Below are positions 37,385 to 47,055 of a stretch of DNA of 64,000 nt, piece after piece. The notes under the pieces are model-generated. The model saw only the letters and a list, made by a program, of their open reading frames with translations, was not told the DNA's origin and did no database searches. Where the stretch lies: the IMG/VR virus record IMGVR_UViG_3300027621_000003, positions 186,001 to 250,000 of that record. One strand, 5' to 3'. Positions within the stretch are counted from its first letter, which is position 1; every line of letters starts with the position of its first letter. Position numbers and translations under genes: made by a program.

Positions 37385-38247
37385 CGGACATAGGATACTA
37401 TCCTATGTGGGGTTTTGGCTAAAACGATGAGATTACTCGTTTAGTTGACCTGTCTTTTGTAGAGATTATACCCGACTAAGGTTTCCTCTCGTATCCACTA
37501 ATGTTGCCATCAGTATCAAGTCATCACCGATTGTTTACGACAATCACACGTTTCGGTCAAACTTACTCAACTATTACTTGCCTCTATAGAATCTTGCGAA
37601 CTCTCTAAACCCGTGCCCAGGTACTAGGACTTTCTTAGTCAAAACTGAAGGACTTGGGGTCCTGTCAATTTCCTTGTTGGTATTTCTACCCAAGGAATTA
37701 GGTGACTTTCAGTTTAACCGCTCAGAGACTTTTCCTTTTCTGTAGTTTATTTTTTCATAATAAATCAACATAGTGAGTGTGATGAAAGATGAGCTCTGAG
37801 GTGGATAGCTTCTCTTTTGAAGAAGTAAATACCACTCACCTTTCTGTAATCCGCCAAGACTACGACTTATCTTGATATCGTTGTGTCACCACTTGGATAC
37901 CTGTGATAAATTGGTGACCTAGCCCTACATCCACTTGGCGGCGGAGTCGAACCATTCCCTTTACCTTTTCCTATTGATGTCTCCATCTCAACCCTGACAC
38001 CTCACGTGGTCAAAATAAATAACTTCTCTCAGCTGTTGCCCATAAGAAATCATTCGTAGGTAATTTGTTTAGTTGTGAGCCACTTTCGTGACACCGAGAT
38101 ATTTGTACCGTTGAGTACTTTCTCCCCTATAGTCCCGTTACCGGGGTTATCTTAATCGACGCTAAACCGCCGAATACAAACCAAACTTCAATTTAAGGGG
38201 GTGAAGTTGGCGTTTCAAAGAACGTTTTGAGATGTTATTCTCAATTG
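37350..38247 (-). ncRNA. Large structured non-coding RNA (~880 nt), GOLLD-like candidate
   Basis: ORF-free and GC-richer than its flanks. TAACTTTG promoter at 38253-38260, boxA-like GTTCTTTGAAA at 38213-38223, many GNRA-capped hairpins, long-range helices and a terminator. Confidence 0.75.
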
Positions 38248-38252
38248 TTTCA

Positions 38253-38284
38253 CAAAGTTAAGACTATTTTTTCAAACTGTCAAA
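38253..38284 (-). promoter_or_regulatory. Bacteroidota sigma promoter for the ncRNA
   Basis: Minus strand TTTG-N20-TAACTTTG. Confidence 0.7.
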
Positions 38285-38375
38285 TAAACTTTGTTTTTTT
38301 TATTTGGTAAGTAATAAATATATCCTTATTTACCAAAGTTATAAAAACATAACATCTTTTTTTTCAGTTGTCAAA

Positions 38376-38783
38376 TCATTTTAGAACATTTTTTAAATAT
38401 TCTTTCAAATTCTCACCGAGTGGTTCAGGTAACTCATCAATTGAAAAGTATCCACACTCTGAATGTTCTTCCCCGTACTCAGCATTTTCCAAGTCAGGGT
38501 GAATAGGCTTGTCAACCTCATTTAAGAATACATACATTACTGAAGATTGTTTTGTTCCTTTACGGTTCATTCTACTCATCACCCCAAGGAATTCTAAGTC
38601 ACCCGTTAATTCTTTACCAGTCTCTTCATAGAACTCACGATGTGCCGTGTCAATGATTTCTTCATCTGGTTCTACTTTACCACCAGGAATACTCCATTCC
38701 CCTGAGTAAGTTTCAACATTACTCCTTTTACACAAAAGACATTTGTTTCCTGATTTAACGATTACTCCGGCTGATTTCTTCAT
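38376..38783 (-). CDS. NUDIX hydrolase
   Basis: GGKVEPDEEIIDTAHREFYEETG Nudix box. Confidence 0.92.
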   Translation of the reverse strand: MKKSAGVIVKSGNKCLLCKRSNVETYSGEWSIPGGKVEPDEEIIDTAHREFYEETGKELTGDLEFLGVMSRMNRKGTKQSSVMYVFLNEVDKPIHPDLENAEYGEEHSECGYFSIDELPEPLGENLKEYLKNVLK

Positions 38784-38802
38784 ATCTTATATTTATCACT
38801 AT

Positions 38803-39147
38803 ATGTATATTTCAATCAATAATAATAAATTTAATTGTAAAGTGGTATCCACACCCGAAAAAATTCGTTTGGGTATGATGGGTCAGAGTTTCAGTAACTT
38901 TGATGGGATGCTATTTGTAATGCCTGAAGATACAACACAGAGTTTTTGGATGAAAAATTGTGTGGTTCCTTTAGATATTGTCTTTATTAAAAAAAATATT
39001 ATTAATGATATTTCCCCTAACTGCCCACCATGTGATACAGAAGAATGTGAAACGTATGAAGGTGACGGTGGTTTTGTATTGGAACTGCCTGCTAATTCAT
39101 GCAGGAGTCTTGGTATCAAAATCGGAGACAGGGTTGATTATCAGTAA
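38803..39147 (+). CDS. DUF192 family protein
   Basis: GMLF..SFWMKNCVVPLDIVFI..VLELPA; start corrected. Confidence 0.85.
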   Translation: MYISINNNKFNCKVVSTPEKIRLGMMGQSFSNFDGMLFVMPEDTTQSFWMKNCVVPLDIVFIKKNIINDISPNCPPCDTEECETYEGDGGFVLELPANSCRSLGIKIGDRVDYQ

Positions 39148-39168
39148 TTTTAGCCATACCTTTGGGTT

Positions 39169-39516
39169 ATGGAAAACAAATTAAAAGTTTATTGGACCAA
39201 AACATCAGAACAAATTAAGAAGTTCTTTAGTCATGTTTTTTGGGTTGTATTAGTACTTGGCGGAATTGGCATAGGATTTGGAGTAGGGTTCTACTATAAA
39301 CAAATCAAGACCGTTGAAATGCCATCTAAGATGGTTGTCGTAGAAAAACAAGACATTATATTAGCGGTTGATGAAAACCAACGTCTAATGTTGATTGATA
39401 AAAATACCGGGAACTATACCATCTATGATAATGAGATTGGTAAAACTATCTTTACCCTTTATGCTCGTAATATTTGGGGTCAACACAATCCAAATCAAGC
39501 ACCACCTGTAAAATAA
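39169..39516 (+). CDS. Single-TM membrane protein
   Basis: TM segment VFWVVLVLGGIGIGFGVGFYY. Confidence 0.65.
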   Translation: MENKLKVYWTKTSEQIKKFFSHVFWVVLVLGGIGIGFGVGFYYKQIKTVEMPSKMVVVEKQDIILAVDENQRLMLIDKNTGNYTIYDNEIGKTIFTLYARNIWGQHNPNQAPPVK

Positions 39517-39518
39517 TT

Positions 39519-40079
39519 ATGAAAAATGTAGATTTTAAAACCGCGATATTCCTTTGGTTCTTTGTAATCTTTGGAGCTCTTGGAGTGGCAATCTACAGTA
39601 TTGAAAAAATACAGGAACAAGCTGAAGAAGAATATTTGGAGTTGTTGGGTTCTGAACCTACATCTCCAAATTGTCTTAGGATGTATAACTCAATTGAGAA
39701 ATACTCTAAGATGTATCGTGTACCTAAGTACATTGCTTACAATGTGGCTTATAAGGAAACACATTATCAAGGACCTTTTCATTGGTCTTATGACCCATAC
39801 CAAACATCATATGCAAACGCTGTGGGTCCAATGCAAATCATTACCAAATATGCTCACCCTTATGCTGGTAGACATGTTAGTCAAAAAGAACTTACTAGAA
39901 ACATTGAATTGAATGTTATGGTTAGTATGAAGATGTTAAGAGCCCGATATAACACTTACCATAGTTGGGCACTCTCTTGTGGTGGTTATAACACTGGTAG
40001 TCCAATAGTTAATGAGTACGCAAGTTATTGTGCATCAAACAAGAACTATAAAAAGAATTGGGTTACTTACTCTCGTTAA
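39519..40079 (+). CDS. Membrane-anchored lytic transglycosylase (SLT family)
   Basis: N-terminal TM; AYKET, AVGPMQI, N..S.KML and GYNTG. Confidence 0.8.
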   Translation: MKNVDFKTAIFLWFFVIFGALGVAIYSIEKIQEQAEEEYLELLGSEPTSPNCLRMYNSIEKYSKMYRVPKYIAYNVAYKETHYQGPFHWSYDPYQTSYANAVGPMQIITKYAHPYAGRHVSQKELTRNIELNVMVSMKMLRARYNTYHSWALSCGGYNTGSPIVNEYASYCASNKNYKKNWVTYSR

Positions 40080-41466
40080 TCTTTTCCTGAAGTTTGTTTA
40101 CAAATTCGGTTTGTAATTTCTTCAATACATTAATGTATGCCGCTCCACTTCTTTCAGGGTCGTATTTGTATTGTCCACTTGGTGGTCTATTACTCCTACC
40201 AAGATAGTTAATACCTGAAATATTTGTGATACATTTATGTCCTCCTGAATTGGCTTGGATTAAATCCCACGCACTTACACCAAACTTATCAAGGACTTCA
40301 AATTCCTTGTCAGTTAAGTTGTTTGTAGGTTTATCCATCAACCTATCAATAATCTGAAGATACTCATCGCCATTCTCCATTCTACTAAATTTTTCACCAT
40401 AAAGAGCTTTAAAATCTTTAAATGTAAATCCAACAGACTCTGGTCCTATGGAAACCTCAGAAATATATTTGATAGTTGATAATGGAATCATTCTACCTTT
40501 AAGTTGGTCTTCGTGTTTTGCTAACACTTCTTGAGCGATATCTCCCAAGTTAACCCCTTTAAGTTCACGTTCCTTTTTAAATGGATTACACGATGCTTGT
40601 AGTAATCCAAGTGGCCAAGCTATTACCAAGAAATCCGCTTCAGGGTTGTTCTTAAATGGCGTGTATCTATCGTATGAACCCGGATTGAACATACTACCTC
40701 CTCCATATTGTACAATGATGTTATCAACCACCTTAACGTTTGGTGATGTCTCCATCTGTTTAACATACTCTGATTTATTCTTTTCTAATGTTTGTGTACC
40801 TGGTAATTTTCTTTCATCCATTTCTTTCTTAACTTGCATTAAGATTGAATATAAAGATGGTTCAGAATTCATTACCAAATTCTCCATAAAGCCTGGCTTA
40901 TTCTTAAATGCCAAGATTAGTTTGTTTAAAACCAATCCCATAGCAAATTTGTTTTGTAAAAAACTTTTGTCCTTATCAAGTTTAAACATATAGTTCATTA
41001 CTTGTTCAGGTGTAATATCATATTTTGCATAATCCGCAGAGTCAACAGTTGAAATTAATCTCAAATCTGTTTCAGGGAATATGTCTTTTGGTGATACTAT
41101 TTGTGATATTGTTTCCACGTTTGAACGTGATGACCTAAATGATGTCGCTCCTGTTTCATCAGCACCTGCTTGTTTATCGTGGTGGTCAGTATGGATAATA
41201 AACATTGGTTTACCGTGTGCAAAGTCAACAAGAACTGGCATTGTATCACCATTAGCATCAAGTTTTTTAACCGAGAATTCTTTATCACCATATTGAATTA
41301 TTTCAGTATCAACTACATTGATACCGTTATCCTCCAAATATTTCTTCATAGCAATTGCTGTTGTAACACCATCTAAATCTTGGTGAAAGTATATTTTTGC
41401 TTTTGGATATCTTTTAGCCAAAGCTTTAATATCACGTAATCCCGATTCTTTAATTAACCTTTTCAT
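40063..41466 (-). CDS. DHH-family phosphoesterase-like protein
   Basis: HQDLDG, VDFA, TDHH and SGGH motifs. Confidence 0.75.
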   Translation of the reverse strand: MKRLIKESGLRDIKALAKRYPKAKIYFHQDLDGVTTAIAMKKYLEDNGINVVDTEIIQYGDKEFSVKKLDANGDTMPVLVDFAHGKPMFIIHTDHHDKQAGADETGATSFRSSRSNVETISQIVSPKDIFPETDLRLISTVDSADYAKYDITPEQVMNYMFKLDKDKSFLQNKFAMGLVLNKLILAFKNKPGFMENLVMNSEPSLYSILMQVKKEMDERKLPGTQTLEKNKSEYVKQMETSPNVKVVDNIIVQYGGGSMFNPGSYDRYTPFKNNPEADFLVIAWPLGLLQASCNPFKKERELKGVNLGDIAQEVLAKHEDQLKGRMIPLSTIKYISEVSIGPESVGFTFKDFKALYGEKFSRMENGDEYLQIIDRLMDKPTNNLTDKEFEVLDKFGVSAWDLIQANSGGHKCITNISGINYLGRSNRPPSGQYKYDPERSGAAYINVLKKLQTEFVNKLQEKINESK

Positions 41467-42620
41467 TATACAACGTTAGATGTTATTGGACCAAATAGTA
41501 AATTAGTTAAGAAGTTTTTACCTTGTTCTTCATAATTAGTTGATGATTTAGATGGTTGACTATTATCATCACCATCAAAATTAGGTTCAGTATACAATCC
41601 TTCCTCTTCGGGAACGTCTTTAAAATCATTTTCCCAATTCTTTTTGGCTTCAGCTGTTTTAGCGTATTCTTCCATTTTTTCATTAAACTCTTTTGGTCCC
41701 ATGCGTCTAATTGTTTCATCAGGGCCAACGAAGTTTCCTACACCAATATAATCCAAGAAACCTGTCCAAAGTTTTGTTCTTCTCATTAAACTTCTTGTTG
41801 CTTTATTTCCAAACAATCTTGGCATTCCTGACATTTTATAATTTTTCATACCAGATAACCCTTTTGCTGCCGTACCACCAAATTCTCTAAATAATCTTGT
41901 GTCTGCCTTAACTGCTGATTTCATATCAGTTAATACTTTAATGGCATCTGTTTTAGTTAATCCTCTAAATGTTTTTGCCAATCCAACAGCTTTTGCCGAA
42001 CCAGCTCCGGCCTTTGAAAATAATCTCAACCAATCTTTTACAGTATTTTTTAGTGGTTGTCCCAATTTACCTAATGGAATATTATCAATAATGTCAATTA
42101 ATTTTGGTACCCATTGTCTTACAGTTCCCAATAATTTAGCCATTAAACCACTTTCTTTACCAATATCTTCTATCATCTTAGTGGCCTGACTTATCGCTTC
42201 AGGTGTACCTTTATTAGCAAGTTTCAAAGCGGCGTCTGTTGATTTAACAACTTTAGAACCTCTTCCTGCTAACATAACTCCTTTACCAATTGCATCTCCA
42301 ACATAAGGTACCGCAGATATAAAAGATAACATTGCGTAAAATTTATCCCCTTGTTTTAAATATGAAATACCATTTAATGTATCAACTATTGGTGTTGGGT
42401 CTACAACACCCAAAATGTCTAATACTGTATTATACCATTCAGCCTCATTTAATTGTAGTTTAAGGTGTGGATTAAAATATTCAATCAATGAAACACACAA
42501 TTCTTTATCATCGTCTGACATATTAGAATATCTTTCTTTTAATTCAGTAATGGCATGTTCTTCTGAATTAATCGTATTGATTACTTTTTTTAAATCAGAT
42601 TCGTTAATAACAATTTTCAT
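41466..42620 (-). CDS. Leader type A protein with a pre-toxin-TG-like segment
   Basis: LDILGVVDP..VDTLNGISY..GD..AMLSFISAVPYVGDAIGK. Confidence 0.6.
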   Translation of the reverse strand: MKIVINESDLKKVINTINSEEHAITELKERYSNMSDDDKELCVSLIEYFNPHLKLQLNEAEWYNTVLDILGVVDPTPIVDTLNGISYLKQGDKFYAMLSFISAVPYVGDAIGKGVMLAGRGSKVVKSTDAALKLANKGTPEAISQATKMIEDIGKESGLMAKLLGTVRQWVPKLIDIIDNIPLGKLGQPLKNTVKDWLRLFSKAGAGSAKAVGLAKTFRGLTKTDAIKVLTDMKSAVKADTRLFREFGGTAAKGLSGMKNYKMSGMPRLFGNKATRSLMRRTKLWTGFLDYIGVGNFVGPDETIRRMGPKEFNEKMEEYAKTAEAKKNWENDFKDVPEEEGLYTEPNFDGDDNSQPSKSSTNYEEQGKNFLTNLLFGPITSNVV

Positions 42621-42670
42621 ATTATATTTCTATATAAATATCAAGTAATATAAAAAATAAACCCCCACTA

Positions 42671-43543
42671 TTAAGTGAGGGTTGTAGTTTCTTCAAAATC
42701 TAATACTTGTTGTCGTCTACCTTCAACAAATACGTTGACTCGTTTCTTGGCAATCTCTGAATAATTTGGACTGAGTTCCACTCCAATCCATCTGCGACCC
42801 AAGGTTTCTGCGGCAACTAAACTAGTCCCGCTACCAGCGAATGGGTCCAAAACAATATCATTCTTATATGTAAGAATCTTAATTGCCTTTGTTGGGATGT
42901 CCATTGAAAATGTTGCTTTGGTCATACTCTTTGTGTCTGCAAAGTAATGCCATTGACCAAATACCAAATCAATAAAATCACGTTTTTGGGTGTCGGTGTA
43001 CATCATTTTGTTTTTCATAACACCGTTCTTATCTTCAACCTCACCCATTTCACCAACCCATTCAGGAACTCCCTTTACAATCTTAATGTGTTTCTTCTTG
43101 TAAGCTAATATAACACACTCTTTTGGATTATAGATGTATGGAGCTGATGGAGACATCCAAGAACCCCAGGCGGTTGTTCTGCTCCTGTGTGGTGATTCTT
43201 CTTCAAGGTCAACAACCCCAAAGAATTTATAACCAATCTTCTTCATTATTTGCCATACTTCACTCACCATGAATATACGTCCACCTTTTGCTTGACGGTT
43301 GGTTTCATAAGGAACGTTAATAGCGATACGACCATCATCCTTCAAAACTCTGAATGCTTCGGTCATCCACTCTTCAGTGAACTTTAAATAATCCTCAACA
43401 AACATATCATCATCGTGAACATCATATTCAATTCCAACTCCGTATGGTGGGCTGGTTACAATCAGGTCAATACAACCTTCTTCCATAGTTTTCATCACCT
43501 CACGACAATCACCGTTTACTACTTTTCCTATAAAATTCTCCAT
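42671..43543 (-). CDS. DNA N4/N6 methyltransferase (beta class)
   Basis: VTSPPY ... LDPFAGSGTS. Confidence 0.92.
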   Translation of the reverse strand: MENFIGKVVNGDCREVMKTMEEGCIDLIVTSPPYGVGIEYDVHDDDMFVEDYLKFTEEWMTEAFRVLKDDGRIAINVPYETNRQAKGGRIFMVSEVWQIMKKIGYKFFGVVDLEEESPHRSRTTAWGSWMSPSAPYIYNPKECVILAYKKKHIKIVKGVPEWVGEMGEVEDKNGVMKNKMMYTDTQKRDFIDLVFGQWHYFADTKSMTKATFSMDIPTKAIKILTYKNDIVLDPFAGSGTSLVAAETLGRRWIGVELSPNYSEIAKKRVNVFVEGRRQQVLDFEETTTLT

Positions 43544-44028
43544 TAAAAATCTTCGTTTGTTATTCTTAAATCATAATCATTAAAGTCTGTAAAGTCCAAC
43601 TCATCAGCTTCAATTCTTCTTGTTAATGTATCACCTGGCATTTTTCTGTCAGCCAATCTTTTCTTTCTAATAAACAAGTAAATGTCTACATATATAATAA
43701 ATGAACTTACCCTGTCTTCAGGTTTGATATGTGATATACCTGCTGGTGTCATAATGAATAGGTCATCAGTAAAAAATTGGTTTACCGTAGTTCCATACAA
43801 CCAACCATTAAAATAAACATGTTCATAAAACATATTGGATTCAATCATTTTGGTGGCCTCTTCATCTGTGATAAATAAATAATCTTTACCATCAATCTCA
43901 CCTTCTCTTGGTGGTCTTGTGGTATAAGTAACCGCATATTTGAATCCACGTGATTCAAACTTTTTTCTCAAGTGGTCTTTACCTGAGGCTGCCTTACCGA
44001 CAAGGATAATCCTTTTATGGTTTCTCAT
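43543..44028 (-). CDS. gmk: Guanylate kinase-like protein
   Basis: GKAASGKD; YTTRPPREGEIDGKDY; YGT. Start placed at MRNHK (uncertain). Confidence 0.8.
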   Translation of the reverse strand: MRNHKRIILVGKAASGKDHLRKKFESRGFKYAVTYTTRPPREGEIDGKDYLFITDEEATKMIESNMFYEHVYFNGWLYGTTVNQFFTDDLFIMTPAGISHIKPEDRVSSFIIYVDIYLFIRKKRLADRKMPGDTLTRRIEADELDFTDFNDYDLRITNEDF

Positions 44029-44212
44029 CAGTGTCAACATCTTTCTTATGCACTTTGCGATATACTTCCTTGAAACATTCGGAACATAATTGTCCCGCAC
44101 CTTCTACATAAGTCTTGCGGGAATCAACATGGTCATTGATTGAATGACCAGTCTCACATCCACAACTTATACATTTCTCAATATTAATTTTGTCCATCAT
44201 AAAAGTTTGCAA
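44015..44212 (-). CDS. Small zinc-ribbon protein
   Basis: CISC...YVEGAGQLCSEC. Confidence 0.65.
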   Translation of the reverse strand: MQTFMMDKINIEKCISCGCETGHSINDHVDSRKTYVEGAGQLCSECFKEVYRKVHKKDVDTDEKP

Positions 44213-45215
44213 GTTTTAAACTATCCAAAATTACTTTAACAATTCTGTATGGGTCAGCGTTTGAACCTGGTCTTCTATCTTCCAAATAACCAGTCCAATT
44301 AGTTGCGGTAGACAAAGGAACTCTAATTGACGCTCCACGGTCAGCAATACCCCAAGAGAATTTATCCATTGATTGTGTCTCGTGTTTACCTGTTAATCTA
44401 AACTCATTACCCGAACCATAATTTTTAATATGAACATCATGTCTTGATTCAAATGCATTAAAAATAGATTTGAAGTATTCTTCTCCGCCTTCACTTCTCA
44501 TTCTTTCATTGGAGAAATTACAGTGCATCCCTGAACCATTCCAATCACCATGTCTTATTGGTTTTGGGTTCAAATCAATAATCAAGTCATAATACTCAGC
44601 AGTTTTGTACAACAAATAACGAGAAATCCATAAGTCATCAGATGATTTAATAGCCCCTTTGGAAAATAGTTGGTATTCCCATTGACCTAATAACACTTCA
44701 GCATTTACGCCAGTAATATCCAATCCAGCATTTAGACATAATTGTAAGTGAGTATCCACAAATTCTCTTTGTGCAACATTTTTTGTACCTATACCACAAT
44801 AATACTCACCCTGTGGTGCTGGAAATCCATACTTGGGGAATCCAGCGATGTTACCATCTTTAGTCTTTAAGACATACTCTTGTTCAAATCCAAACCATAC
44901 TGAATCATCATCTAAACCTATTTCAGCTCTTAAATTAGATTTATGTTCATTACCAGTCATTGGGTCCATTACTTCACACAAAACATATGTGGTTGGGTAT
45001 TGAGTAATGTCAAATGAAGGATAAAGTCTTACAGGTCTAAGAATACAATCTGAAAAATTACCTTCCGCTTGTTTAGTTGATGAACCATCAAAAGACCACA
45101 ATGGTAAATCTTCTAATTGAAATTCCATTGGGAGGTCAAGGATTTTAATCTTGCTTCTCAAGTTTGGTTCAGGTGTATACCCGTCTAACCAAATATATTC
45201 TAATTTTGTTTTCAT
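44184..45215 (-). CDS. glnII: Glutamine synthetase type II
   Basis: LEYIWLDG, WSFDGSSTKQA, WFGFEQEY, NAEV..GQWE, DWNGSGMHCNFS, RLTGKHET and GYLEDRRPGSNADPY. Confidence 0.93.
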   Translation of the reverse strand: MKTKLEYIWLDGYTPEPNLRSKIKILDLPMEFQLEDLPLWSFDGSSTKQAEGNFSDCILRPVRLYPSFDITQYPTTYVLCEVMDPMTGNEHKSNLRAEIGLDDDSVWFGFEQEYVLKTKDGNIAGFPKYGFPAPQGEYYCGIGTKNVAQREFVDTHLQLCLNAGLDITGVNAEVLLGQWEYQLFSKGAIKSSDDLWISRYLLYKTAEYYDLIIDLNPKPIRHGDWNGSGMHCNFSNERMRSEGGEEYFKSIFNAFESRHDVHIKNYGSGNEFRLTGKHETQSMDKFSWGIADRGASIRVPLSTATNWTGYLEDRRPGSNADPYRIVKVILDSLKLANFYDGQN

Positions 45216-45397
45216 TATTTGTTCCCGTAATAACCAGATGATAATGAAGACTCTTCAATCACTCCTTCATCAATTAATTTATCCAATATCTTTTTTGTTT
45301 CTTTTTCAGTCAACTTCAAAATGTATTTTGAAATATAACTGATGTGTACTGGTTGTCTTAATTTTGTGTTAAGTAATTTTTTAGTCTTGTCATCCAT
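45215..45397 (-). CDS. Small winged-helix-like protein
   Basis: ILDKLIDEGVIEE pattern. Confidence 0.5.
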   Translation of the reverse strand: MDDKTKKLLNTKLRQPVHISYISKYILKLTEKETKKILDKLIDEGVIEESSLSSGYYGNK

Positions 45398-45454
45398 GTT
45401 GTTTTATGTTTTTTTAAACTCCATAATTTTTTTCTTACAAGTTCACCCAAGACA

Positions 45455-45691
45455 TTATCGTTTGGATTTTCTAGAACTTCTTTTTCCGTAAGACACACTT
45501 TTTTGTCCTTCATCATTAGATTGTTTTGTCTTTTTATCCGGCATCTCTACAGTCACCACAGACTTATCTTTTTTCCATTCAGACTTGGGTGTGTATACCC
45601 AACCTAAGAAAGTTTGCAATACTAATTTGTGAGCGGCTTGGTCGTGTAATCGTTTGATTTCACCTGACTTTGAGTTTTTTAGTGTTTTCAT
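45455..45691 (-). CDS. Small basic protein
   Basis: GWVYTPKSEWK. Confidence 0.6.
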   Translation of the reverse strand: MKTLKNSKSGEIKRLHDQAAHKLVLQTFLGWVYTPKSEWKKDKSVVTVEMPDKKTKQSNDEGQKSVSYGKRSSRKSKR

Positions 45692-45709
45692 AGTATAAAA
45701 TATATGTTT

Positions 45710-45922
45710 TTAATTTTGTTCAATCAAGGGTGCTGAATTTTTTAAAATAAATTCTTTTATTTCTTGGTCAGAAACACCTTCATTATGTAATTGATATGCT
45801 TGATGTGACACTTCATCTGTAAATATACATATGTCAGAAGCAAAATAATTCTTCAGTGGATAATCTTTGTTTATCTCACGTAAAATTAACTCTTTGGAAA
45901 AGTACCGTCTATTAAAACCCAT
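45710..45922 (-). CDS. Hypothetical protein
   Basis: ORF track. Confidence 0.55.
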   Translation of the reverse strand: MGFNRRYFSKELILREINKDYPLKNYFASDICIFTDEVSHQAYQLHNEGVSDQEIKEFILKNSAPLIEQN

Positions 45923-46287
45923 TGACCTTCAGTATTTAGTTTAACACTACAAATATACAAAAATTTACATTCATGTGGAGCAATCATTGATAAAAAATTT
46001 ATAGTTTTTTCATTCTGATACACATAATAAGTGTCGCCTACTATTGGTTCAAATTTAAGGTCAATACTAAAGATAAATTCATTGAGTTTATAAGCATCAA
46101 CCAATTTTTCCATTTCGGATTTTAGTTCACTAAATCTTTTGTCAACAAAATTATTGAACTTAGTGACTTGTTTTCTTTTAAAATGGTCTGTGTCTTCAAC
46201 AACAATAACTGGTGACCCTACATTACTTGCGTAAGGTAATAAGTTAAACTTTGTCTCAGCCTTTTCATAGTGAGATGGTGTACTCAT
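45886..46287 (-). CDS. DUF2452-like protein
   Basis: LPYASNVGSP...FEPIVGDTYYVY...FLSMIAP.E. Confidence 0.7.
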   Translation of the reverse strand: MSTPSHYEKAETKFNLLPYASNVGSPVIVVEDTDHFKRKQVTKFNNFVDKRFSELKSEMEKLVDAYKLNEFIFSIDLKFEPIVGDTYYVYQNEKTINFLSMIAPHECKFLYICSVKLNTEGQWVLIDGTFPKS

Positions 46288-47012
46288 ACTAACTGAGTGA
46301 AGTAAGATTGTACTTTCCTCTTGAATAAAGGTAATAATGTATGTTCCAACGGTAGGTTCTGTGTTGAAAATGCTTCAAAGATTGGATACGCTAAACTTTT
46401 TGTGTCTGAATACTCACGGATAACTTCTGTGAATTTTTTATCGTGACCCTTGTATATTAAATTGAAATCTATTTTAGTATCGTGTTTTTTATTGGATAGT
46501 TGTTCAAACTTTCCTTCCCACACATAAACCTCTTTGTTAAACAAATCTTGATATACCACATATGAATTGTTAAGTAATAGATTCTTTTTGTTCTTTCTTA
46601 ATTTAATTGATGTTGACTGGTAAGATAATTCCCATATTCCTTTACAGATTGTAAAATATTGAAGTAGTTTTTCTTGTGAGTACTCAAGTATTTGTTTAAT
46701 CTCATCTAACTCAGTGGTTGTAAATTTCTTTCTTGTCTTTTTTGATTTGAGTTCATATAACATAATCTCATCATCAATGGAATTTAATTCCTTATTAATA
46801 AAAACATATTTGTTTGATTTAAGAAAACTTCCAATGGATGCCATGTGAAGCGATATCTCAGTAAAGAACGGATAAATTTCACCTCTTGATAAAGCATCCT
46901 CCACTTTCATCAAAAACGAATTTAATACATATTCCTTGTGCTCAAAATCAATTGGGTCTTTTAAAAACCAATCTGAGGGGAGTATAAATTTTATTTGTTT
47001 TTTGTCTTCCAT
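46284..47012 (-). CDS. Hypothetical protein
   Basis: DW..DPIDFEHKEYVL...TLLPLFKRK. Confidence 0.7.
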   Translation of the reverse strand: MEDKKQIKFILPSDWFLKDPIDFEHKEYVLNSFLMKVEDALSRGEIYPFFTEISLHMASIGSFLKSNKYVFINKELNSIDDEIMLYELKSKKTRKKFTTTELDEIKQILEYSQEKLLQYFTICKGIWELSYQSTSIKLRKNKKNLLLNNSYVVYQDLFNKEVYVWEGKFEQLSNKKHDTKIDFNLIYKGHDKKFTEVIREYSDTKSLAYPIFEAFSTQNLPLEHTLLPLFKRKVQSYFTQLV

Positions 47013-47055
47013 AAACTAATAATAAAAAAGGTTTATGGATTATGAATACTAAAGA

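Noticed and set aside
37943-37953. GGTTCGACTCC resembling a tRNA T-arm
   Set aside because: No acceptor, D or anticodon arms could be built around it; treated as a T-loop within the large ncRNA.
37350-38247. Group I/II intron, rRNA fragment, tmRNA or RNase P as the identity of the ncRNA
   Set aside because: It does not interrupt a gene, has its own promoter and terminator, and no hallmark sequences were recognised. Not formally excluded without a covariance-model search.
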